Below are positions 29,463 through 38,066 of a DNA stretch of 64,000 nt, piece by piece; the stretch's first letter is position 1, and each line of letters opens with the position of its first letter. The notes below the pieces were generated by a model. That model was not told the DNA's origin and searched no databases. It saw nothing but the letters and a program-made list of their open reading frames with translations. The DNA comes from Candidatus Heimdallarchaeum aukensis (GTDB lineage: Archaea; Asgardarchaeota; Heimdallarchaeia; Heimdallarchaeales; Heimdallarchaeaceae). Position numbers and translations under genes: made by a program. The stretch covers positions 992,001 through 1,056,000 of the forward strand of contig CP084166.1 in NCBI GenBank assembly GCA_021513695.1, written 5' to 3'.

Positions 29463-30686
29463 TTAAACTGGTCTACTTTTTCCAATACTTCTGTATTCAC
29501 AGTTATTGTCAAGAAGAATTGGAATCTCTCTCATTTCAGTTATACATTCATGAATTGGGTATAATTCTATAGTTGTAGTACCAAATCCTTTCTTAATTTG
29601 AATTGCATGCTCAAAATTATCAGCATTCTCTAAAGCTACCTCTAATATTGATTTATGTAATTCTCTTCCACAAATGTCACATTTAAAGTAAATTTGCTTA
29701 TTGATCTTGGTTTCTAATTGTTCTTTGTTTAATATGTTATGAGATTCGAAAAAGGTAATCAATTTATCTTTAACCTTTATTTTAGCAACAGAGATGACTT
29801 CTTCTGTTTTGAACATTTTTCTCATTTGATCACAAATTTCATGAAAAGTAGAAATCTGCTGATTTAACTGTTCTTGCGAAGAAAAAACTGAAGTAATGAC
29901 AAGGTCTTCTTCGATTTCTCTAATAAATATCCTTGAGTCACTCAAAGAAAAGACAATATAATTCAAATCAAGACTAGGTGAGTAGATCTTAACTAGTTCA
30001 GAGCGTAATCTGGAAAGATTGAGATTAACTTCTTTTTCTGGTTCAGAGTATAAAACCAAACCTTTGGAAGTTGATAGGGTTAGAAGATTTAGATTATATT
30101 CTGATACTATCTCTTGAATGTTAGAAGCTTTTGTTAGGTCTCTAGGATAAACAACAGAAAAAATTCTTTGCATTGCATCCCATATATTCTCTTCAAAGAT
30201 AGAAGTTTCATAGATTTCAGAATTGGGATACTTGCTCAACTCAAAAATATCTTTAATTGAACGTGTAATAGCAGCCCTTTTGTCAACAGGAACAACATCC
30301 ATTTTATGGGCGAAAACATAGATTCTAGCGCTAGAACCAATTTTTTTAAGATTATCCAAAGTAAGATCAAAATAATATTTAGAACGCATGATGTTAGAAG
30401 CATCAGAAATATCAACAACATAAATCAAAGCTTTAAGGTCACTAAAAGTTCTTTCAGTATATTTCTCAAAAAGCTCATTTAAATAAGAAGATTGACCTCC
30501 TACATCAACAAGATTAATAGAACTTCCTGCAAAATTGAAAAGCTTACGATTAATTCGAACTGTAGCAGGATTAAGAGAAGTTGCTTGAGGAGCAAAGCCT
30601 TCAAAAACAACTTGACGAATAGAAGTTTTACCAGATTGAGATAACCCCAGAATAACAATTTTTGATTGAAGTGAACGATCATTCAT
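29463..30686 (-). CDS. Rag/Gtr1-like GTPase with roadblock-like domain and C-terminal Cys/His cluster
   Basis: G1 ILGLSQSGKTSI, G3 LVDVGGQSSY, G4 FAHKMDVV. The middle part is LLTLSTSKGLVLYSEPE...IVFSLSDSRIFIREIEEDLVITSVF. The C-terminus carries CDICGRELHK...HEC. Its stop abuts the stop of the convergent GTPase gene (29462/29463). Confidence 0.75.
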   Translation of the reverse strand: MNDRSLQSKIVILGLSQSGKTSIRQVVFEGFAPQATSLNPATVRINRKLFNFAGSSINLVDVGGQSSYLNELFEKYTERTFSDLKALIYVVDISDASNIMRSKYYFDLTLDNLKKIGSSARIYVFAHKMDVVPVDKRAAITRSIKDIFELSKYPNSEIYETSIFEENIWDAMQRIFSVVYPRDLTKASNIQEIVSEYNLNLLTLSTSKGLVLYSEPEKEVNLNLSRLRSELVKIYSPSLDLNYIVFSLSDSRIFIREIEEDLVITSVFSSQEQLNQQISTFHEICDQMRKMFKTEEVISVAKIKVKDKLITFFESHNILNKEQLETKINKQIYFKCDICGRELHKSILEVALENADNFEHAIQIKKGFGTTTIELYPIHECITEMREIPILLDNNCEYRSIGKSRPV

Positions 30687-31002
30687 TATATAATAATTAA
30701 ATCATACGAACTTAAAAAAGTGATTATTATCAAATTTATTTTGCAAAAAAAAGTAATTTCTATTATTCTTTATGCTAAAGGGTATTTGGAAATAAAACAT
30801 GCTTATTACACCCTATTCAAAAATTCAAACTAGTACTTAAAATAACTAAAATAATTTTAGTAAAAGTGAATTTAACATCTATCTAAATCTTAATAAAATT
30901 TTAACATTGTTTGAATTCGGTGGCAAAAAATGGGTGAATACGTTTGTCTACAAAGATTTTATGAATAATAAAGTATTCTCACTTAGCAGACCCACTAAAA
31001 AG

Positions 31003-31100
31003 CCACAGCAGTATTTTTCTAGCTACTTGGAGTTAATAGGTAATACACCTTTAGTTTTTTTGAATAAGGTGAGTAAAGCTATTAACCACGAACTCTATGA
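31003..31100 (+). pseudogene. Short remnant resembling the N-terminus of a cysteine synthase / PLP fold-type II enzyme
   Basis: YFSSYLELIGNTPLVFLNKVSK resembles the LIGNTPLVxLN signature near the N-terminus of CysK/CBS-type enzymes. The similarity is lost within about 30 codons and no full gene follows. Confidence 0.3.
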
Positions 31101-31344
31101 TTTACTTTTTTACGTAAAGTTTTTCGCGCTCTGTCTTGCAAGAGAGAAAACAAGTAAAAGTTTAATCTCTTGAACTCAACCAAGCCATACAATGCTATGA
31201 AGAGGATGAGACAGACATCATACACGAATCGTGGGAATCATAAAGAAGAAAAGAACTAAAAACTCTTTTCTTCACTCCACGAGAGACAAAAAGAAAGAAA
31301 GATTTCCTCCTCCTACAGGAGAGAATTTGTCCTTTCGTTTTTGT

Positions 31345-32802
31345 CTACTGGGACTGCAACCAATGGCTGAGCCCTAGGCAAACAGTGAAATGGGTAGAAC
31401 TGTATCTTTGACCAGTGAGGTAATCAGTGATAGTGTTTCCTTGAGGACTGAAAAGAGCACCAAGGAACTTACGAGCGATATTCATTGCTCCTGTGAGGTC
31501 AGAGTGGAAAGTGTAATTGCAAGAAGAACAATGAACTAAACCTCTTACTGGACGGACAACTTTCCTTCCACAACGAGCACAGTGAGAAGATGTCCCTTTT
31601 TCCTCTATCGTTAATATTCGGTGAGGGTCAAAACCTCTTAATATTAGTGCCCGACGGAGAAGAGTAAGAACAAGGTAAAAATTCCACTGATGAAGTTTCC
31701 TGCGAAACTTACGAGTACTTTTACCTTTCTCTTTTCCTTTCTCCTCGCGAACATGTTTAGGGTAACCTACAACGACGAAAAGGTCATACATTCGCGCATA
31801 GGTCTCTATCGTCTGCACAACCTCACTTACAAATTGGTAAATATAGGCTCGTTTAACGTTTCTATATCTTCTTCGAAGAAGACTAAGAAAACGATAAACT
31901 TGATGTTTTTTACCCGACTGGTCGTTTAAAGCTGCTTTTCTCTGAAGACGGGAAAGTTTGACTTTATATCGATGGTTGACTCTATTCCACTGTTTGGTAT
32001 GCCAGAATTTTATCTCCTTACTTGTTAATTTCTTTTTAGGGGTTAGTAACACTCCTGCAGCAGGAATGTTTATCCCTAGATCTATTCCCAGCACAGCTGG
32101 GGGGAGAGAAGAAGAATTCTCTTCTTTAGGAGGATAAAAAGAAGAAGGAAGAACTCTTAGTTGGAAATACACCCACCATTCATGTGTAGAACGTTTATAT
32201 CTTAGTTCTAAACTTTTCACCCTCCCTTTTTTTAACTCTTTCTGGTGGAAAGTGCTCATCTCTAAAGGTAACCATAACTTCTGATGATAGGAGGTGTTTC
32301 TTCTCCACGTATCTAACGAGTCTCTTATCCCCACCCACCAACGAGTGAGAGTGTTATTCTTCTCTTTAGGTAAATGGACGAGAACGAACCTCTTTGCATT
32401 AATTAGTTGTCTTCTCACTCTCTTTATTGGAGGACGAGTAGAACTGGGTTTATAACCTTGTTCGTATAATTGCACAGCTATATCTCTACATTCTTGAAAT
32501 TCGTTGTGGGAACAATAAGGGAACATTTTCTTCAGGTCGTGAGGAACAGTCTTTCTTCTCTCTTCTTCTTTAACTTTTGAAGTCGTTAGCGTCAATTCAT
32601 CTAGTTTTCCTCTATGAACTCTTATTTTCCCTTTTTTAGTTTTAGCACATATTTTTCTTCTGTTGTGATGAATTATTCTCACATACTTCTCTATTATCCT
32701 CGTGTCTCTCCCCGTTATTCTCCTTAACCTTTCCTTTTTCCTCGTCGTCAACACCTCATTCTTTATTCTCACTTTCAAGGTTTTGACGACGTCCTCCACC
32801 AT
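31345..32802 (-). CDS. tnpB: TnpB (OrfB) RNA-guided endonuclease-like protein
   Basis: RuvC-I LGIDLGINIPAAG, RuvC-II Glu in TIEEKGTSSHC, zinc finger CARCG...CSSCN and RuvC-III HSDLTGAMNIA. The ORF is 485 aa and uninterrupted. Confidence 0.85.
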   Translation of the reverse strand: MVEDVVKTLKVRIKNEVLTTRKKERLRRITGRDTRIIEKYVRIIHHNRRKICAKTKKGKIRVHRGKLDELTLTTSKVKEEERRKTVPHDLKKMFPYCSHNEFQECRDIAVQLYEQGYKPSSTRPPIKRVRRQLINAKRFVLVHLPKEKNNTLTRWWVGIRDSLDTWRRNTSYHQKLWLPLEMSTFHQKELKKGRVKSLELRYKRSTHEWWVYFQLRVLPSSFYPPKEENSSSLPPAVLGIDLGINIPAAGVLLTPKKKLTSKEIKFWHTKQWNRVNHRYKVKLSRLQRKAALNDQSGKKHQVYRFLSLLRRRYRNVKRAYIYQFVSEVVQTIETYARMYDLFVVVGYPKHVREEKGKEKGKSTRKFRRKLHQWNFYLVLTLLRRALILRGFDPHRILTIEEKGTSSHCARCGRKVVRPVRGLVHCSSCNYTFHSDLTGAMNIARKFLGALFSPQGNTITDYLTGQRYSSTHFTVCLGLSHWLQSQ

Positions 32803-32871
32803 TCTTTTCCTTCCTTCTTTTCTTTTTCTGTTTATTTTTTCTCTTGTTTTTTCTTCTTATCTTTTTTTATT

Positions 32872-32899
32872 CTACTTTTTTTCCCTATAAAAACCCCTC
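32872..32899 (-). promoter_or_regulatory. IS-borne promoter block (minus strand gaggggtttttatagggaaaaaaagtag)
   Basis: Near-identical to 4908-4936 of copy 1, with a TATA-like tttttata. Confidence 0.4.
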
Positions 32900-32973
32900 T
32901 CCTCTTTCTCCTCTCCTTTCTTCTCTTTTTTCTCTCCTTCTTCCTCAACAACTGTAAATTACGTGAAAAATAG

Positions 32974-34553
32974 ACACATGGTGACACAGGAAAAATAAAA
33001 TGGAAATTTAAAACTGGGGGATCAATAAGAGCATCTCCAGCTCTAGGAGATCTTAACAATGATGGCTATCTGGATATAGTTATAGGGTCTTCTGATTCTT
33101 ATTACTATGCATTTAATGGAAGAACTAGGACAATCCTCTGGACACTCAAGACAGAACTAATAATAGGGGGAACTGCTCCAACATTGGCAGACGTTGATGG
33201 GGATAACGAACTAGATGTCCTACTTAATGGTAAAAATGTGTATCTTGTTGGAGGAAGAAAGGGCAATTTAATCTCTATTTATAATCAAAATGAAGAGGTT
33301 GGAACTTCTATCACTGTTGGTGATTTGGATAATGATGGCAGTTTTGAGATGATATATGGTTCCAAAAGTGGAAACGTTTTTTGTTATACGATTACTAATT
33401 CTGATAAAACAAGTTATAGGATCTATTGGCAGGGGGATGGTGGTGATTTCTTCAATTCTGGAAACAGTTTTACAATAGATAAAGATGGAGATACTGTTTC
33501 TACTTTCTCTGAAAAAATTATTGGAACAGACCCAGAAAAAAGGATACGGATGGAGATTTTCTTATAGATGGATATGAAATATCTGCTACTAAAACAGACC
33601 CCTTAGTTCAAGATTCAGATAATAATAATATCGGAGACCAGAATGAAGATTTTGATGGTGATGGGTTAACAAACCTAGAAGAATATAAGAAAAAAACAGA
33701 TCCTTTGAGTAGAGACACAGATGAAGATTTTATACCAGATAAAATTGATATTTTCCCAATTTTGTTTCCAGAAGGTTTAATTTATCTCTCTCTATTCTTT
33801 CTTTTATCAATATTAATAGTTTCTACAATAGTAAAAAAGAGAATAGAAAATAAAGGCGATAAAAATGAAAGTCTTATTCTTAAATTTAAAATGAAAAGAA
33901 ATCAAATATTATCAGAGATATCTTGGAAAGGCTCTTATAATAATTACAAAAGTGTTCATTTACAAGCTTTTAGATGGTTTGGAATTTTTGCTATTTCATC
34001 TGCAATAATGATTAATTTTATCATTTATCCACTTTTTAAAACAGAAATTGTTTACCATGATATTGTAAAAACAAGCTATTCTACAGTTATCTATGTTTTA
34101 ATTAATGTTATTTATTTTGCGTTATTTTATTTATTAGGTTCTGGTTTTTACTCGCTAGGGTTTTCAAGTAATGGAGTAACTTTTAGCTATGATTCTATTG
34201 CTACAAACTTGTTTCTTTCTTCTCTTATCATTTTAAGCATTTCTTTCGTAAAAGTATCAATAAACTTAATTTTACTTCCAATTTTAACTTATTTACTTAC
34301 ATCTGCTTTCATCACACTTTATAATATACGAAAGGAAAAGATTACTAATAGTAATAATCTCTTAAACTTTGTTTTCATCCTTTTTCCAATATCTTTTCTA
34401 TCTCTTTTATGGTATCAAACGCTTTCTTTCTATTTTGCTATTCCACAACAAATTTTGAGGATAATTTCTTTGATAACAGGAGTGTTAATGTTTCTTCTAG
34501 CACTAGAAATCTTTACATTATCTACTCTGAATTCTCGTGAAAAAACAAAATAA
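32974..34553 (+). pseudogene. FG-GAP/beta-propeller + thrombospondin-type-3-like repeat + polytopic membrane domain gene, 5'-truncated and frameshifted
   Basis: The frame opens at 32974 in mid-repeat (GKIKWKFKTGGSIRASPALGDLNNDGYLDIVIGS; further FG-GAP-like units LADVDGDNELDVLL and VGDLDNDGSFEMIYGS). Reading shifts from frame 1 to frame 0 at the A6 run 33536-33541. Downstream come DTDGDFLIDGYE, DFDGDGLTNLEEY and DTDEDFIPD (Ca-binding TSP3-like repeats) and about 8 TM helices. Confidence 0.65.
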
Positions 34554-34990
34554 AGAGCATTTGAAATCTAACAATTCTAGTACTCCTTTCTAATTTTTTT
34601 ATCTCACATAGATAATAGTTAGTTGTAATGTTTGAAAACAGGTTGTGAATAAAGTAATAATAGCTCCTCTGTCATTGATTATGCAATAAGTATAATCTTC
34701 CATATTCTTGACATTACATCTTATCTCTCAAATATGATTATCTATATGAACTCATTTCTTTAAACAAACTATCTTCATTTGCTTATTTTTGTAAATAGTA
34801 CATAATTTCCTATTATTAAGACAACAAAAATCTCCTAAAAAGTTCGGTAATACATGATTGAAAGAAGTCGATTGATGGAGAAATCCTGGTGATTAACTTC
34901 TTGAGAGATACTAATTAATTATTTTCGAGCAAATGCTCAAGAAAATGATTATTCTTCTTGGAACTCTTTAAACTACAAGACAGAGTAATT

Positions 34991-36031
34991 TTATGCTCTT
35001 TCACATTTATTTTTTTCATTATTTTCTACAATACATAGTTCTAGAAGTATATCATACGTTTTTATCATCTCTCTCATAGTTTTTAACATTATTGGGTAAA
35101 GACGCATAATACTATGATTCTTTGTATATTTATAATCTGAATGATAATTAGGATAACGCGAAGCACCAACATGTTTTTCCAAATTCATGCTTAAAATAAC
35201 TATATATGCAAACAGTAGTATAAGATAAAGATAACTTTCTATTTGTACTAACCAATCTTCTTTCTGAATTTGTGTGATAAATTCTTCTCTCAACATTCTT
35301 CGCTCATCAGTTTGCAATTTGATATTATATTCTTGTTCGATTGTTTGAATGACATAGTCTGTTATGCTAATGAACTCTTCTTTCACAATTTTATCAAAAT
35401 TTTCTTTTCTTATGGATTTTATTCCTTTCCTAAATAATGAAAACAGCTTGTTGTATTTAATTAATATTTCCTTTAATGTAGTGTGTTCAAGATACAGAGT
35501 TTCTTCTGATTTCCTTTTTTGCTCATAATCACTCAAATATTTATCAATTGCTTCTATAATGCTTAAAAATCCTTCTCTTTGGTTATCATTAGAATAATCA
35601 GCTAAAGATTCATAGAGATCTTTTAGTTTTTCGAAGAAGAATTTAGTAAAAGTATGTCCAACTTTTATAAGCCGTTCAGTTTGACACAGTCCAGTAAGTA
35701 GAAGTAGTGATTTTCCTAATTTCTCAACAGATTGTTGGAGGAAGAAAATAGACTGTGCATATAGTTTCTTGTGATATAGAATTTTTGAAGCTCTTAAATC
35801 CTCTTCAGCAGTATCTAACAGTCCTAAAGCTGATATTAAATCTCTCTTTTCTGGTGGGATCTCATACTGTGATCCATATTTTAATTGCCATATTAATTGC
35901 CTTTTGATATCTTCTATATCTGTTTCTTGTAATGCAATTTTGTCATTATTATCATTCATTAAATAGCACTGATGGTTAATATTTAAATAATTAATGGCAA
36001 CTATTATCATAATGCAATAAAAATCGAGCAT
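34991..36031 (-). CDS. HEPN-domain protein
   Basis: ALGLLDTAEEDLRASKILYHKKLYAQSIFFLQQSVEKLGKSLLL matches the first helices of the classic HEPN domain. The C-terminal GASRYPNYH supplies the RYP / R-x4-H motif. The probable start is the internal MNDNNDK. Confidence 0.55.
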   Translation of the reverse strand: MLDFYCIMIIVAINYLNINHQCYLMNDNNDKIALQETDIEDIKRQLIWQLKYGSQYEIPPEKRDLISALGLLDTAEEDLRASKILYHKKLYAQSIFFLQQSVEKLGKSLLLLTGLCQTERLIKVGHTFTKFFFEKLKDLYESLADYSNDNQREGFLSIIEAIDKYLSDYEQKRKSEETLYLEHTTLKEILIKYNKLFSLFRKGIKSIRKENFDKIVKEEFISITDYVIQTIEQEYNIKLQTDERRMLREEFITQIQKEDWLVQIESYLYLILLFAYIVILSMNLEKHVGASRYPNYHSDYKYTKNHSIMRLYPIMLKTMREMIKTYDILLELCIVENNEKNKCERA

Positions 36032-36183
36032 CTGCTCTTTAAAATGAGAAACTATTTTATATTAAAAACTCTTAATTGGTTTTAAAACATGATAATTAAA
36101 GAAAAAAGAATAATTAAATCCTTCTATTTAACTATAAGGAGGAGTAAATAAACATAAAAAAATTGTGAGTAGAAGGGAAATAT

Positions 36184-37419
36184 ATGTCATTTAATTTTGA
36201 AGTTAAAAATACAATTGCATCCTTAAGGCAATCAAGGTTGAAGCTTGGCAATGTAGAAATAGAAACACCAAATTATATAATGACACATATTGAAACTAGA
36301 CGACTTACTACAGGGTATAATCTTGTTGGGAGTCGTGAGCCTAACCCAAAACTGAATGAATTAATTAGTGATCATATACCTGATAGATTAACTGCACAAA
36401 AAATATTTGAAAACTCCGATGAAATAGAAAAATTATGTAACAAGCTAGATAACTTGACTAAATCTGATCGGATGAATTTTGTTCAATTTCGTTTGAAGGC
36501 TGGAAATGAAATTAGCAAATATGAATTATGTCAAATTGTTAGGTTGCAGTCTGATATGAACAAATTTTCCATTATAACAATACCTGATCCTACTTGTTCA
36601 TATAATAACTCTTGGATTGATTCTATGGAAGCAGCTCTCTATGAGGCTAAGGTTTCACAAGAAGTTGGAACATCGGAACTATTTATGCCTACTGTTTCGC
36701 TTGCTCAGCCTTTATTGGATGTGGAAAAGAAAATTTCGTGGTTAATAGATAAGCAAGTTCCATCCATTGGATTAAGAGCACACGGGCCACATTTTCCAGC
36801 TACTTTGCACAAATCAACAAATCTGATTACACAATCAGATAATCCGATTTGGATTCATCTGTTTGACTTATCCAAAAAATATAAGAATGTGTCCCAACTG
36901 CATTTGGCACCTTTGACAAGTGTTGATACTATTTCCTTGAAAAAAAAACATGGGTATAGCAGCAGCAAGAAAAATATTATGGATGGTTTATTGCCAACAC
37001 CAGAGAATATATCTTTAGAACCAACTGCTAGGGAAATAGAAGAACAAAAGGTCAGAGAGATAAAGCGTAGTCAACGGTTTTTGTTTGAGCAATTAGCTTT
37101 AGGTTACATTTCTATAAATGAGCGGACTAAATGGATTGGTCATGAACTTTCTTGTACTTGTCCCATTTGTAAAAAGACAAAAGATATAGATACCTTTAGG
37201 ATTTATCTCTCAACACATGATAAAAACTCACTTCTACAAGTGCATGAATATACTGGTTTTAACCAGGAAATGTTGGCAATTAGAAAAAATATTAGGGATA
37301 ATGATATCTCAGAGTATTTTAGACAAAAAATATTAGTAAAACGACATAGACGCAAACTATCTAAAAGATATCCTGAGCTTGAAAGGTTTATTAATCCGCC
37401 TTTAGATAGTTACTTCTGA
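36184..37419 (+). CDS. tRNA-guanine-transglycosylase superfamily protein, stand-alone (DpdA-like / ArcTGT catalytic-domain-like)
   Basis: The N-terminus FEVKNTIASLRQSRLKLGNVEIETPNYIM parallels ArcTGT FEIKARDGAGRIGKL...IETPAIMPV. The zinc motif SCTCPICKK...LLQVHEY parallels CSCPVCSK...LLALHNL (CxCxxC...H). There are no PUA or C-terminal tRNA-binding domains (411 aa). Confidence 0.6.
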   Translation: MSFNFEVKNTIASLRQSRLKLGNVEIETPNYIMTHIETRRLTTGYNLVGSREPNPKLNELISDHIPDRLTAQKIFENSDEIEKLCNKLDNLTKSDRMNFVQFRLKAGNEISKYELCQIVRLQSDMNKFSIITIPDPTCSYNNSWIDSMEAALYEAKVSQEVGTSELFMPTVSLAQPLLDVEKKISWLIDKQVPSIGLRAHGPHFPATLHKSTNLITQSDNPIWIHLFDLSKKYKNVSQLHLAPLTSVDTISLKKKHGYSSSKKNIMDGLLPTPENISLEPTAREIEEQKVREIKRSQRFLFEQLALGYISINERTKWIGHELSCTCPICKKTKDIDTFRIYLSTHDKNSLLQVHEYTGFNQEMLAIRKNIRDNDISEYFRQKILVKRHRRKLSKRYPELERFINPPLDSYF

Positions 37420-37447
37420 GATATTTATCCAAGAAAAGGTGATATAA

Positions 37448-38059
37448 ATGAATCAAAAAGCGACAAAAAATATGTCGGAAGAAGAAAATAAAATGATAAA
37501 AAAATGGATCTATTTAATGTTAGCTGCAGATAACAATAGTTCAATCAAAGGAAAAGTTAGAATAACTAAAGAATTCTTTTTGATTACCAAGCAGTTAGCT
37601 CCTGAAGTATTTAAGGCAGCTCAATTCTATCCTTATCACTTTGGGCCTTATAGTACTCGTTTTGCTGTTTGTGTTAACGAACTGATTAAAAGTAATCATA
37701 TTAATATATTGTATAAAAGTGGAGATTATCATTATGAGTTGTCAAAAAAAGGTTTAGTTGAAGCTAAAAAATATTTGAAAACAATCCCTAAGAAAGAAAA
37801 ACAAGTAATTGATGATATTAAGAAAAAAAGTAAGTCTCAATCTTTAAAATCAATGTTAAAAGAAATTTACGAAAAATATCCTAAGTATACAGTTCGTTCT
37901 GTTATTAAAGCAGATCTTGATACTAAAAAAGTAAACTTAGATTCTGTAGAAAAAGTAGATGATAGTTCAGGGTTTGTTTCAAGTGATATGAAACATGAAC
38001 GTGACATCGTCTTGAAAGGTGAAGCTGCAAAAAGATTTCTAGAAATAATCTCAAAGTGA
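37448..38059 (+). CDS. Putative antitoxin, SocA/Panacea (DUF4065)-like
   Basis: IKKWIYLMLAAD...ITKEFFLITKQL...FYPYHFGPYSTRF resembles the KLxYL ... GPxS core of the Panacea domain. Its stop lies 7 nt before the GNAT toxin start. Confidence 0.4.
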   Translation: MNQKATKNMSEEENKMIKKWIYLMLAADNNSSIKGKVRITKEFFLITKQLAPEVFKAAQFYPYHFGPYSTRFAVCVNELIKSNHINILYKSGDYHYELSKKGLVEAKKYLKTIPKKEKQVIDDIKKKSKSQSLKSMLKEIYEKYPKYTVRSVIKADLDTKKVNLDSVEKVDDSSGFVSSDMKHERDIVLKGEAAKRFLEIISK

Positions 38060-38066
38060 TACATCA

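Larger units (their letters stand above)
31190..32975 (-). mobile_element. IS200/IS605-family tnpB-only element, copy 2 (apparently intact tnpB); boundaries approximate
   Basis: On the minus strand it has a purine-rich leader (+ strand pyrimidine-rich, 32803-32960) and the shared promoter block at 32872-32899. These are followed by a 485-aa TnpB and a 3' region with a ttctttctttcttttt tract like that of copy 1. On both sides it abuts gene fragments (cysK-like remnant, 5'-truncated FG-GAP gene). Confidence 0.6.
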
